This document shows, one piece after another, positions 1 to 9,333 of a stretch of 38,409 bases of DNA. The notes under the pieces were generated by a model, which saw only the letters and a list, made by a program, of their open reading frames with translations, was not told where the DNA came from and searched no databases. The stretch comes from an uncultured Candidatus Saccharibacteria bacterium. Its GTDB lineage: Bacteria > Patescibacteriota > Minisyncoccia > Phycocordibacterales > PALSA-1337. The DNA lies in assembly GCA_964359745.1 (NCBI GenBank), contig CAYHTR010000002.1:1-38409 (forward strand), in the 5' to 3' direction. The first letter of the stretch is position 1. Every line of letters begins with the position of its first letter. The position numbers and the translations under genes are program-made.

Positions 1-62
1 CATGACACATGTATCTTAATACAAAGTGTTGCAATTGATTATTGAACTCGGGATACATTAGA

Positions 63-90
63 TTGCAATTTATTGTAATTGTAGTATGGT
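63..90 (+). promoter_or_regulatory. candidate sigma70-type promoter (TTGCAA, 16-nt spacer, TATGGT) ending about 8 nt before the ATG at 99
   Basis: Read directly from the sequence. No Shine-Dalgarno motif lies between it and the start codon. Only a consensus-like match, no other support. Confidence 0.25.
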
Positions 91-98
91 ATTTCCAG

Positions 99-1079
99 AT
101 GAAAACGCACATTGAACCAGTTCAGATTGGGACGAAGCTGGTCGGCCCAGGCCAACCAACTTACATTGTTGCCGAAATCGGCATCAATCACAACGGCTAT
201 CTTCGGATAACAAAGGACCTCATTGATGTCGCCGTCAAAGCCGGCGCCGATGCGGTTAAGTTTCAAACGAGGAATGTTGATGTGGTATTCACGGAAGAAG
301 AGCTTTCTCGACTCCGTCCAGTACCCAGAAACATTCTTGAAAACGCAATTGCACGCGAGGTTTTGTCGGGAGACGCAGTAGACAGGCTCTTGAGGTCTGA
401 CCTCCAACAGAGCACCAACGGCGACCTAAAGAGATTGCTTGAATTCACCGATACGGAGTACGCGGAAATTGACGCGTACTGCAAACAACGAGGAATTGAA
501 TGGTTCACTTCCTGCTGGGACGCCGGGTCGATTGACCGGATGGAAAAATTCAATCCTCCCTGTCACAAAATCGCTTCGGCCTGCAACGAAGATGATGAGC
601 TCATGCTTCGAGCGCGTGCCACAGGCAAGCCAATCATCCTTTCAACGGGAATGACTGACATGGAGGGTGTGATGAAAGCAGTCGATATCCTTGGGGCGGG
701 AAATTTAGTCATTCTCCATTGCACGAGCGTCTATCCAAAAGGTGCTGAGTCAAATTTGGATATTCTTAAGCTCATTAACCTCCGTGGAATTGATACCCTT
801 CAAGAGGAGTTCGAGGTACCTGTTGGTTTTTCGAGCCACGACAGTGGCATTCAACCAACCTACGCCGCCGTTGCTCGTGGAGCAGTGATGGTGGAAAAGC
901 ACATCACGCTTGAACGCGGGATGTGGGGTTCGGACCAGGGTTCATCAGTTGAACCAAGCGGTTTCATTCATCTCTGTGGGATGATACGCCAGCTTCCATC
1001 TGTACTTGGTGACGGCAAAATCACCATTTATCCTGCAGAGGAGGAAGTGGCAAAAAAACTCCGACGAGTTCGGCGATAG
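99..1079 (+). CDS. NeuB-family ulosonic acid synthase (N-acetylneuraminate/pseudaminate/legionaminate synthase family), apparently lacking the C-terminal SAF domain
   Basis: ORF 42-1079, with the first ATG at 99 (MKTHIEPV). NeuB-family motifs are present: VAEIGINHNG, KPIILSTGM, LHCTSVYP, GFSSHD, VEKHITL. The protein ends at GDGKITIYPAEEEVAKKLRRVRR*, the linker region that normally precedes the SAF domain. Sample line is about 53% GC against about 27% in the next gene. Confidence 0.8.
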   Translation: MKTHIEPVQIGTKLVGPGQPTYIVAEIGINHNGYLRITKDLIDVAVKAGADAVKFQTRNVDVVFTEEELSRLRPVPRNILENAIAREVLSGDAVDRLLRSDLQQSTNGDLKRLLEFTDTEYAEIDAYCKQRGIEWFTSCWDAGSIDRMEKFNPPCHKIASACNEDDELMLRARATGKPIILSTGMTDMEGVMKAVDILGAGNLVILHCTSVYPKGAESNLDILKLINLRGIDTLQEEFEVPVGFSSHDSGIQPTYAAVARGAVMVEKHITLERGMWGSDQGSSVEPSGFIHLCGMIRQLPSVLGDGKITIYPAEEEVAKKLRRVRR

Positions 1080-1098
1080 GCGATAAAAGTAATCACAG

Positions 1099-1125
1099 CT
1101 AGTGGGCATTCCCACTAGTTTTTTT
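1099..1125 (+). terminator. rho-independent terminator after the NeuB-family gene
   Basis: Perfect 8-bp stem CTAGTGGG / CCCACTAG with a 4-nt loop (CATT), followed by a run of 7 T. Confidence 0.7.
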
Positions 1126-1147
1126 ATATGCTATATTGTGTCCAATT

Positions 1148-1894
1148 ATGAAATATGTTCCAAAAATTGTTGCTATTATTCCTGCGCGGGGTGGTTCAAA
1201 GGGTGTGCCAAAAAAGAATATAAAAAAAGTGGGTGGTTTTCCTTTAATTGCCTATGCTATTGCTGTGGCAAAACTTTCAAAATATATTGATAGAATTATT
1301 GTAAGTACTGATAATGAAGAAATAGCAAAAGTGGCAAAAAAATACAGAGCTGAGGTGCCTTTTCTACGTCCTGCCGAAATTGCCAAGGATTCTTCTACCG
1401 ATAGAGAATTTATATTGCACGCCTTAAATTGGCTTAATGAAAATGAAGGTGAAGTGCCAGAATACCTTGTGCAAATAAGAGCAACAACTCCCCTTCGCGA
1501 ATCAAAACTTATAGATAAAGCCATTGAAAAAATAAAGAAAAATAAAAATGCCACCTCGCTTCGTTCTGGTTATGAAATACGCGAATCGCCATACAAACTT
1601 TTTAGCATAGAAAATGAATTTTTTACAGGATTATTTCCTAACGACCCGCGACCGGAATATTATAATCTGCCCCGCCAAAACTTCCCTTCTGTTTATCAAC
1701 CAGACGGTTATGTTGATGTGATAGTTTCAAAACACGCCCTCAATTCTTCGAATTTACACGGATCAAAAATTCTTTCTTTCATAACGCCAAACACTGGTGA
1801 AATTGATAAACTTGAAGATTTCAAATTTCTAGAGTTTAATCTAAAAAAACAAAAGTGGGCTATTCACGAGTACTTAAAAAAACATTTTAAATAA
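1148..1894 (+). CDS. acylneuraminate (CMP-ulosonic acid) cytidylyltransferase family protein
   Basis: ORF 1136-1894, likely ATG at 1148 (MKYVPKIVAIIPARGGSKGVPKKNIK). The IIPARGGSKG..KKN signature is typical of NeuA/KdsB-like CTP_transf_3 enzymes. A TATATT box lies about 10 nt upstream and there is no SD. Confidence 0.85.
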   Translation: MKYVPKIVAIIPARGGSKGVPKKNIKKVGGFPLIAYAIAVAKLSKYIDRIIVSTDNEEIAKVAKKYRAEVPFLRPAEIAKDSSTDREFILHALNWLNENEGEVPEYLVQIRATTPLRESKLIDKAIEKIKKNKNATSLRSGYEIRESPYKLFSIENEFFTGLFPNDPRPEYYNLPRQNFPSVYQPDGYVDVIVSKHALNSSNLHGSKILSFITPNTGEIDKLEDFKFLEFNLKKQKWAIHEYLKKHFK

Positions 1895-3143
1895 TTTCAA
1901 GCGCATTTCTTATAACTTGAAAAGCTTCTTTAAGCGCCTCCACAGAAATTGTTAACGGTGGCGCGATTTTAATTGAATTTTTATTTGTGCATACCGGCAA
2001 GACCCCATTATAAATACATTCTTTCACCACTTTCAACGCATTTTCGCTTTTTTCAAAAATAATAGCCCCCATCATTCCACGAACATTAATATGGGTAACA
2101 AACGGACAAGATTTTAATGAACGCATTTCTTCTTCAAAAACTTTCATTGTCTTTTCTCTTAGTTTAATTTGTGTAGGACTTGAAAGAAAATCAAGATTAG
2201 CTAATGCTGCTGCACAAACCAATGCGCTACCAGAATGAGTGCCGTGCAAATCCGCCTTTTCATCTATATCTACAATATCTTTTCGACTTAAAACCGCGCC
2301 CATAGGCATAGATGAAGAAATTCCTTTTCCCAAACCAATAATATCCGGCTTAATTTCTTTTCCATAAGTCATATATCCATAAACAGGACCGAGTCGATAA
2401 AAACCCGCCTGCAATTCGTCAAAAGATACAAGCGCACCAGCTTTTTTGGCAAATTGGTATAAATCTTTAATATATTTCTGCGGATAAAACCATTCTCCCC
2501 AACCTTGAAATGTTTCTATAACAAAGCCGGCAATTTCTTCCGCTGGAGGCAATTTTTTGGAATCAAAAACATCTTTTTCATTATACGGAAAATCTAGAAA
2601 ACAAACTGAATCATCAGAAACTCCAGACCATTTTGCTTTTTCAACACTTCCTGAAAACAAATCATTGCTCAAACCACGACCGTGGTAATTGCCTTTGAAA
2701 GTAATAATGTATTTTTTATTATTTTTTTTACCGTAGAATTTTATAAGTTTATATACAATATCCATCGCCTCAGAACCAGAATTAAGAAGAATTACTCTAT
2801 CAAAATAAGATGGCGAAATAGAAAGAAGTTTTGAAAGAAATTTGTGTTTTATTTTGGTGGGATAGTTATAAGCAAAGAGCATATCTGAATCAAGTTGGTC
2901 CTTGATGGCTTTTTTTATTTTAGGATTGGAATGGCCAGCATTGGCAACAAAAATACCTGATGTTAGATCAATCCATTTATTGCCTTTATCATCCCAGACC
3001 GAAAAATCAATAGCTTTGTGCCATGTAAGTGGTATAGTATTCGCCACAGCTTTGGGCTCTAGTTTTGCTATAGCATTAAATAACGGGTTTTTATTGAGTG
3101 AAAAATCTTCTCTGATTTCGCGATATTTGGTTTTTATTTTCAT
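1887..3143 (-). CDS. class III PLP-dependent aminotransferase
   Basis: 418-aa ORF starting at an ATG. Motifs: NSGSEAMD, FDELQAGFYRLG (DExQTGFGRTG-like) and GLGKGISSSMPMGA (PLP-lysine region). Its 3' end overlaps the convergent cytidylyltransferase gene by 8 nt. Confidence 0.85.
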   Translation of the reverse strand: MKIKTKYREIREDFSLNKNPLFNAIAKLEPKAVANTIPLTWHKAIDFSVWDDKGNKWIDLTSGIFVANAGHSNPKIKKAIKDQLDSDMLFAYNYPTKIKHKFLSKLLSISPSYFDRVILLNSGSEAMDIVYKLIKFYGKKNNKKYIITFKGNYHGRGLSNDLFSGSVEKAKWSGVSDDSVCFLDFPYNEKDVFDSKKLPPAEEIAGFVIETFQGWGEWFYPQKYIKDLYQFAKKAGALVSFDELQAGFYRLGPVYGYMTYGKEIKPDIIGLGKGISSSMPMGAVLSRKDIVDIDEKADLHGTHSGSALVCAAALANLDFLSSPTQIKLREKTMKVFEEEMRSLKSCPFVTHINVRGMMGAIIFEKSENALKVVKECIYNGVLPVCTNKNSIKIAPPLTISVEALKEAFQVIRNALEII

Positions 3144-3165
3144 CGGATTATGATAGCATAGCGAT

Positions 3166-4101
3166 ATGATTTATTCCACATTAGGAAAAACTGGACTAAA
3201 AGTATCGCGACTAGGATTTGGAACTGCCGAAATAGGCTTTGAATATGGAATTGGCAATAGACCACTTCCAACAGAAAATGAAGCCATTGATTTATTAAAA
3301 AAAGCGGTGGATTTTGGAATTACTTTTTTTGACACAGCAAATTATTATGGATTATCTGAAGAAAGAATTGGGAAATCTAGCATTCTTAAAAATCCTAATG
3401 TTATTATTGAAACAAAATGCGCTCAATTTCTTGAAAAAGGAGAATATTTTCCACGAGCGGAACTTGAACAAAAAATCAGAATTCAAGTGGAAGATAGTTT
3501 AAAAAAAATGAAAATAGATGCTTTGCCTATCCTTATGATTCACGGACCAAACAAAGAACAGATTGAAAAAGGCGAACTCATTGAAATTCTAAAAAAATTT
3601 AAAAAAGAGGGGTTAATTCGCTTTACTGGTGTTTCAACTCGTGGCGAAGAAGCTCCGCTTTCAGCTATATCTTCTGATTTTTTTGATATCATTCAAGTCG
3701 CTTACAGCATATTGGACCAAAGAATGTCGCCACGAGTTTTAACTGAAGCAAATAAAAATAATATTGGCGTGATAAATCGCTCGGTATTATTAAAAGGAAC
3801 TTTGACTCCCCTGCGAGAAAAATTACCAAAAGGTCTTGAACTTTTAAAATCAAATGCTGATAAAGCAAATAAAATTGCTGTTTCTTTAGGGGTTGATTTG
3901 CCAACATTAGCAATTCGTTTTGCATTAAGCAATAAAAATATTTCCACTTCGCTTATTGGCACAAATAAAATAGAAAATTTAAAAAAAGCAGTTAATGCTG
4001 TAGAATCTGGTCCATTACCAAAAGAAATAATAATTAAACTTGAAAAATTAGCAATTGATAACCCAAAGCAAGTTGACCCAGCACAATGGCCAAAATTATA
4101 A
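3166..4101 (+). CDS. aldo/keto reductase family oxidoreductase
   Basis: 311 aa. The N-terminus LGKTGLKVSRLGFGT...FFDTANYYG..SEERIGK is the classic AKR pattern. It is only 22 nt from the divergent aminotransferase start. Confidence 0.85.
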   Translation: MIYSTLGKTGLKVSRLGFGTAEIGFEYGIGNRPLPTENEAIDLLKKAVDFGITFFDTANYYGLSEERIGKSSILKNPNVIIETKCAQFLEKGEYFPRAELEQKIRIQVEDSLKKMKIDALPILMIHGPNKEQIEKGELIEILKKFKKEGLIRFTGVSTRGEEAPLSAISSDFFDIIQVAYSILDQRMSPRVLTEANKNNIGVINRSVLLKGTLTPLREKLPKGLELLKSNADKANKIAVSLGVDLPTLAIRFALSNKNISTSLIGTNKIENLKKAVNAVESGPLPKEIIIKLEKLAIDNPKQVDPAQWPKL

Positions 4102-4943
4102 AAAATATGAAAAATAAAAAAGAAAATTTTGCTTACGAAACATATAAAAGTGTTGAATCATCAACAAATTTTTCCAGTGCAAAAGAATTACAGGAATACC
4201 GCTCATTACTTATGGATAGAGTATATAAAAAAGAAATACCATTTTTCAAAAAAAAATTTCCAAAAGGACTGGGCTCTACGCTAGAAGTCGGTTCTGGAAA
4301 CAGCCGGATTTTATACGCTCTTGAAAAAGAAAATCTTATAACAAAAGCTATCGGATTGGAAATATCTCCCTCTCGTTCAACATTTGCAAAAGAATGGAAA
4401 AAAGATTTAAAATCAAAAATTGTGGAAAATATTTGCGGAGATATTTTCTCTATGGATATTAAAGAGAAATTTGATACTGTTCTTTGCCTTACCAGTATAT
4501 TTCCCTTTTTTGATATGTTGGAGAAAGATGGTCTTAATAAGTTTATAAAAAAAGCTAACCAGTTACTTAAACCCAACGGCATTATTATATTAGAATCGGT
4601 CACCTTCAAACAAGAAATTGAATGTGCTCTTTCCTATGAAGGCAAAGTTAATCTTTGGGCAGAATTTAAAAAAACCGACCCATTTCAATTTAATCTCGTT
4701 GAATATGTATGGAATGAAAAAAAACGAGAGCTCGTGGCAACCACATATAACACTATGCGACACAAACTTTTTATTGACGGCCCAACAACAAAAAAATGGC
4801 ATATGGAGGAAAGTAAAACTATTGAAAAAAAGCTCTCAAAAAACAGCTTTCAAATACAATCTGTGTATGGTGGATATAATGGAAACACATATAAATCTAA
4901 TTCTTTGGAATACATTTTTATTGCAAAAAAGATAAAAAAGTAG
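4086..4943 (+). CDS. class I SAM-dependent methyltransferase
   Basis: 285 aa. Motif I-like LEVGSGNSRIL and a post-motif region NGIIILES. The start could be the ATG at 4086 (16-nt overlap with the AKR gene) or the ATG at 4107. Confidence 0.7.
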   Translation: MAKIIKNMKNKKENFAYETYKSVESSTNFSSAKELQEYRSLLMDRVYKKEIPFFKKKFPKGLGSTLEVGSGNSRILYALEKENLITKAIGLEISPSRSTFAKEWKKDLKSKIVENICGDIFSMDIKEKFDTVLCLTSIFPFFDMLEKDGLNKFIKKANQLLKPNGIIILESVTFKQEIECALSYEGKVNLWAEFKKTDPFQFNLVEYVWNEKKRELVATTYNTMRHKLFIDGPTTKKWHMEESKTIEKKLSKNSFQIQSVYGGYNGNTYKSNSLEYIFIAKKIKK

Positions 4944-4956
4944 TAGCTTATGCATT

Positions 4957-5901
4957 ATGAAATGCGTTATATGTAATAAAACCGTATCGATAATAATAGC
5001 CAAAGAATTGCGCAAGGGTGAAAAGAGAAATGTTTACCTGTGTAAAAACTGCGAACTGGGCATATTGGATTCAAAATTAAGTGCTGAAGAATTAAAAAAA
5101 TTTTATTCCGAAGAATATAGAAAAGTGGGCACGCCAAATATTTCACATAGTTCAAATCCGGAAGAACTTTTTGACACTTACTCAAGATTTCAAAATGATC
5201 GTCTTAAACTTCTCACGCCATATCTCAATAAAAAAACCAAATTACTAGAAATTGGATGTTCCGCCGGAATGTTTCTTTATAAAGTGAAAAATATGGTTGG
5301 AGAAATCGCCGGCATTGACTTTGATAAAACTTCAGCAGAATATGCGTCAAAAAAATGTAATTGTAAAGTTTACACAACCGATATTAAAGAAACGCCTTTT
5401 CCCAAAAAACACTTTGACATGATTCTGGCCTTTCAAACACTGGAACACGTTAAAAATCCTTATAGTTTTATAAATGATTTGAAAGAATATCTCGTTCCGG
5501 GCGGAATCATTGTTATGGAAGTGCCAAATCTTTATGACGCATTGGCTTACTTATATGAACTTCCTCAACATTATCGTTTTTATTATCATTCATCTCATCT
5601 TTGGTATTTCACTGAAAAAAGTTTGAATTTGCTTATGAACAAAACTGGATTCAAAGGAAAAGTTTATCATACTCAGGACTACAATATCTTAAATCATTTT
5701 CATTGGATTGACACCGACAAATCGGATCCAGATTGTAATAAGGGACTAAGTCAGCCTGTTCTACCTATGCGTAAAGAAAGATCTAAAGAAGTTAAAAAAG
5801 CTATGAGTGATTTTATACTTTCAATCGATAAGAATTACAAAAAATTGCTAGTTAAACATAAAATAACTTCCAATATAATTTATATCGGAAAAATGAAATA
5901 A
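4957..5901 (+). CDS. class I SAM-dependent methyltransferase with N-terminal CxxC...CxxC zinc ribbon
   Basis: 314 aa. MKCVICN...LCKNCELG zinc-ribbon pattern, LLEIGCSAGMF motif I, and FQTLEHVKNP..GGIIVMEVPN. Same architecture as the ORF at 27922-28776. Confidence 0.75.
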   Translation: MKCVICNKTVSIIIAKELRKGEKRNVYLCKNCELGILDSKLSAEELKKFYSEEYRKVGTPNISHSSNPEELFDTYSRFQNDRLKLLTPYLNKKTKLLEIGCSAGMFLYKVKNMVGEIAGIDFDKTSAEYASKKCNCKVYTTDIKETPFPKKHFDMILAFQTLEHVKNPYSFINDLKEYLVPGGIIVMEVPNLYDALAYLYELPQHYRFYYHSSHLWYFTEKSLNLLMNKTGFKGKVYHTQDYNILNHFHWIDTDKSDPDCNKGLSQPVLPMRKERSKEVKKAMSDFILSIDKNYKKLLVKHKITSNIIYIGKMK

Positions 5902-5902
5902 T

Positions 5903-6745
5903 ATGAATAAAATTGGCATTATGCAAGGCAGATTAACACCTTCGCAAGGACGGGGGATACAATTTTTCCCCTTTGGGCCTGGTGAATGGCAAGAAGAGTT
6001 TGTAAAAGCAAAAAAATTAGGACTTTATGATATTGACTTTGATTTTGACTTGGAATGCTACGAAGAAAATCCTCTTTGGACTAAAAAAGGTAGAAAAGAG
6101 ATAAAAGAAATTATAAAAAAAACCGGTGTAAAAGTAGAGCATATTACTGCCGATTTTTTTATGCGTCGTCCATTTTTTCGTGTTGATAAAAAAACACAAA
6201 AGAAAAATGAAGATATTTTTATAAAACTGATGAAATATGCAGATGAGATTGGTATTCATAACATAGAAATGCCTATTTTAGATAATTCTTCAATTAAAAC
6301 AAAAGATGAACAAAAAACATTTGTTGAATCCATGTTGCATTGTTTGGCAAAAGCACCTAAAAATATGACAATCAGTTTAGAAGGAGACCTCTCTCCAGAT
6401 AGTTTTTTAAAACTTCTTAAAGAAATAAATAATTCTGCAGTAAAAATTGTTTATGACATTGGAAATAGAGTTGGGCTTGGATATAGTCCAGAAAACGAAA
6501 TTCTGCTATTATACAAACACATAACCCATATACATATAAAAGATAAAAAATTTCAAGGAACAACCGTCCCGCTTGGAACTGGCTCTGCTAACTTTGATAA
6601 AATATTCTCCACTCTTGCTTCAATTAATTTCAAAGGGAATTTTATCTTACAGGTGGCACGAGGTGAAGATGGGAATGAAGAAAAAAAGATTTCAAAAGAT
6701 ATAAAGTTTGTAAATAATTATATAGAAAAATATTTAAAAAAATGA
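5903..6745 (+). CDS. sugar phosphate isomerase/epimerase (xylose isomerase-like TIM barrel, UlaE/SgbU-like)
   Basis: 280 aa. The N-terminus IGIMQGRL....IQFFP...W.EEF..AKKLG resembles hexulose-6-phosphate isomerase / L-ribulose-5-P 3-epimerase-like proteins. Starts 1 nt after the preceding stop. Confidence 0.65.
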   Translation: MNKIGIMQGRLTPSQGRGIQFFPFGPGEWQEEFVKAKKLGLYDIDFDFDLECYEENPLWTKKGRKEIKEIIKKTGVKVEHITADFFMRRPFFRVDKKTQKKNEDIFIKLMKYADEIGIHNIEMPILDNSSIKTKDEQKTFVESMLHCLAKAPKNMTISLEGDLSPDSFLKLLKEINNSAVKIVYDIGNRVGLGYSPENEILLLYKHITHIHIKDKKFQGTTVPLGTGSANFDKIFSTLASINFKGNFILQVARGEDGNEEKKISKDIKFVNNYIEKYLKK

Positions 6746-7545
6746 AAAAAACATTAAAAAACTTTCAACTTGATGGTGCATTAGCTGTTATTACCGGTGG
6801 TGCAGGTCTTTTAGGTCAAAGTCACGCAGAAGCTCTTCTTGATGGCGGAGGCAAAATCATACTCTTAGATATAAATAAAGAAATGCTTGATAAAAAAGTA
6901 ACTCTGCTAAAAAAAACATATGGAGAAAATGTTTGGGGATTTGTTTGTGATATAACAAAAGAATCAGAGATTGAAAAAACAATAAAAGAAATTGAAAAAG
7001 AAATTGGAACCATAGGAATTCTTATAAATAACGCCGCAAATAATCCAAAAATGGAAAAAGGAGGAATAGGATTTTCTCGTCTTGAAAATTTTCCCATAAA
7101 AATGTGGGAACAAGATATCGCTGTTGGTCTAACTGGCGCTTATCTTATGAGTAAAATTATTGGCTCAAGAATGGCGAAAAATGGAAAAGGAGTTATTTTA
7201 AATATTGCTTCGGACTTGGGAATTATCGCTCCGGACCAAAGATTATATGGAGATGCAGTAAAACCAGTTACTTATTCTGTCGTTAAACATGGTCTTATTG
7301 GACTTTCAAAATATCTAGCGACATATTGGCCAGATAAAGGAGTTCGTTCAAACGCTGTGGCATTTGGTGGTGTTTACAATAATCAACCGGATGAATTTGT
7401 GGCAAAACTTTCCAAACTCATTCCTCTTGGTAGAATGGCAACCGTTGATGAATACAAAAGTATCGTCTTATTTATGTGCTCCGACGCCTCTTCCTATATG
7501 ACCGGTTCAACAGTAATCATCGATGGTGGTAGAACCTGCTGGTAA
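6742..7545 (+). CDS. short-chain dehydrogenase/reductase (SDR) family oxidoreductase
   Basis: 267 aa. ITGGAGLLG cofactor motif, NNAA, and YSVVK (YxxxK). Joined to the upstream gene by an ATGA overlap. Confidence 0.85.
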   Translation: MKKTLKNFQLDGALAVITGGAGLLGQSHAEALLDGGGKIILLDINKEMLDKKVTLLKKTYGENVWGFVCDITKESEIEKTIKEIEKEIGTIGILINNAANNPKMEKGGIGFSRLENFPIKMWEQDIAVGLTGAYLMSKIIGSRMAKNGKGVILNIASDLGIIAPDQRLYGDAVKPVTYSVVKHGLIGLSKYLATYWPDKGVRSNAVAFGGVYNNQPDEFVAKLSKLIPLGRMATVDEYKSIVLFMCSDASSYMTGSTVIIDGGRTCW

Positions 7546-7548
7546 TTC

Positions 7549-7569
7549 TGTAGACATCAGGTGTCTACA
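7549..7569. terminator. hairpin between convergent genes (possible bidirectional terminator)
   Basis: 8-bp perfect stem TGTAGACA / TGTCTACA with a 5-nt loop, overlapping the stop codon of the ABC gene. There is no long T-run on either side. Confidence 0.45.
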
Positions 7570-9304
7570 AGTTATACATACGATAAAAATAAGAATTTTC
7601 GTCTTTGAGAAGCAGTTCAGGAGTGCCTTCTTCAATTATTTTTCCTCCGTCAAGAGCGATGATTTTATCAGTATTCATAATAGTTGATAAACGGTGAGCT
7701 ATAACAATCACAGTCAATTTACCTTTCAAATCCTCAATAACTTTTTGAATTTTCGTTTCGGATTCATTATCAAGAGCACTTGTCGCTTCATCTAGAACAA
7801 GAATTGTCGGCTTGCGCGCCAGTATTCTAGCAATAATAATTCTCTGTCTTTGTCCTTGTGAAAGAGTAACTCCTCGCTCGCCTACTACTGTTTCGTATCC
7901 TTCTGGCAATTCTGAAATAAAATCATCAATATATGCCTGTTTTGACGCTTTCACAATATCTTCTTGAGTAATACTTCCATCATAAAAAGAAATATTATTA
8001 GCAATAGTATCATTTATAATAAAAATATCTTGAGGCACATAACCAATATTTTTTCGCCATTGAATCAAGTCAATATTATTAGAATTTTTTCCATCAATAG
8101 TAATTAATCCACTAGTTGGAATAAAAAGACGCAAAAGCAAATCAACAATAGTGGTTTTTCCCGAACCAGACGGACCAATTAAGCCAACCATTTCACCTCT
8201 CTTAATTGTAAAATTAACATCTTCCAAAACCGAAGAGGATTCGTTATATCCAAATTTTATATTTTCAAACTTAAGCTCTTTTTTAAAAACAAAGTCTTCA
8301 CCAGCATTAACATATTCATGCATCTTTTTAGAATCATCAGTAAAAGCCTGAACCGCTTTAAAATAAGGAAACGAATCGTTTATCACATGTAAATATCGTT
8401 GAAGATTTTGAACATAAATAAAAATTTGTTGAATAAGATAAACCACCACAGCCAAAGCAGCAATATTAAAACCTGGCGTTTTATAAGTAAAACCAAAAAT
8501 TGTCAGCACAAACATAAGCCCTAGCGGTTGCATCAAAGAAGGTGGTATTAATTTGAAAAAAGCCGCTTTAATTCTGTATATTTTCATCGTTGCAAAATAA
8601 ACAAAACCTTTTTTAATTACTTCTTCATCAACTGCCATCGCTTTTACCGTCTTCATACCAAGAAGATTTTCATTTATATGATGCGCAACATCTCTATTAA
8701 CCCCCTCAGATTGTCTTGCAATTCTACGGGTCCGCAATAAAAGTGGTCGAGACGACGCAATAAAAATAAATCCCACAGCAATTGTAAGAATAGTAATCGG
8801 CAAAGATATATTAATTGCCACCAAACTATACATAATCAAACTAGCCACAGAAACAATAAGCCCTCCAAAATTATTTAAAAGCTGTTCACAATAATCAACA
8901 TTTGTAAGAATAGCTGTATTTAAATGTCCAAGTTGTTGTTTCAAAAGATATGGCCAGTTTGCTTCAACTGTATGTTTAAATACTTTTCTGCGAGTTTTTT
9001 CGGTATAATCCGCAGTAATTTTAATTGAAAGATAATCGCCAATAATAACAGCAATGGTTTTAAATATAAATAATCCGATTACCAAAAAAAGAAGATATTT
9101 CAATCTAAACTCTATATGAAAATAACTAAAAGCTTTAGCAATAGTTCTTGAAATTGAATCGTCTCCCAAATTTCCATTTCCAGTCACAAGAGCAAAAATA
9201 GGAATAAAAGCGTTAATACCAACTCCTTCTAAAAGTGCGCTTAAAAAGCCGGTTGTTGCCAACGCTATGATTTTTAACTTATATTCCCTAAAGACAAGCA
9301 ACAT
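7565..9304 (-). CDS. ABC transporter, fused permease/ATPase (MsbA/PglK-like lipid-linked glycan exporter type)
   Basis: 579 aa. N-terminal half with six predicted TM helices. Walker A GPSGSGKTT, signature LSQGQRQR, Walker B ILVLDEATSALD. Confidence 0.9.
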   Translation of the reverse strand: MLLVFREYKLKIIALATTGFLSALLEGVGINAFIPIFALVTGNGNLGDDSISRTIAKAFSYFHIEFRLKYLLFLVIGLFIFKTIAVIIGDYLSIKITADYTEKTRRKVFKHTVEANWPYLLKQQLGHLNTAILTNVDYCEQLLNNFGGLIVSVASLIMYSLVAINISLPITILTIAVGFIFIASSRPLLLRTRRIARQSEGVNRDVAHHINENLLGMKTVKAMAVDEEVIKKGFVYFATMKIYRIKAAFFKLIPPSLMQPLGLMFVLTIFGFTYKTPGFNIAALAVVVYLIQQIFIYVQNLQRYLHVINDSFPYFKAVQAFTDDSKKMHEYVNAGEDFVFKKELKFENIKFGYNESSSVLEDVNFTIKRGEMVGLIGPSGSGKTTIVDLLLRLFIPTSGLITIDGKNSNNIDLIQWRKNIGYVPQDIFIINDTIANNISFYDGSITQEDIVKASKQAYIDDFISELPEGYETVVGERGVTLSQGQRQRIIIARILARKPTILVLDEATSALDNESETKIQKVIEDLKGKLTVIVIAHRLSTIMNTDKIIALDGGKIIEEGTPELLLKDENSYFYRMYNL

Positions 9305-9320
9305 ATAGCCATAATTGTAG

Positions 9321-9326
9321 TATAAT
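9321..9326 (+). promoter_or_regulatory. TATAAT -10 box 7 nt upstream of the ATG at 9334 (possible leaderless or very short-leader transcript)
   Basis: Exact TATAAT in the 29-nt divergent intergenic region. No SD precedes the ATG. Confidence 0.35.
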
Positions 9327-9333
9327 ACTGCTT

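Noticed and set aside
39-654. ORFs 39-407(-), 263-553(-) and 439-654(+), which overlap the NeuB-family gene
   Set aside because: They are shadow ORFs inside a GC-rich gene with clear family motifs in another frame. They open with non-ATG codons (TTG checked at 405-407) and have no recognisable motifs. The same reasoning applies to the other short antisense or off-frame ORFs in the track, for example 1252-1554, 3689-3962, 4133-4609, 8151-8351, 11411-11788, 15661-15921, 16005-16299, 23275-24603 and 28181-28597.
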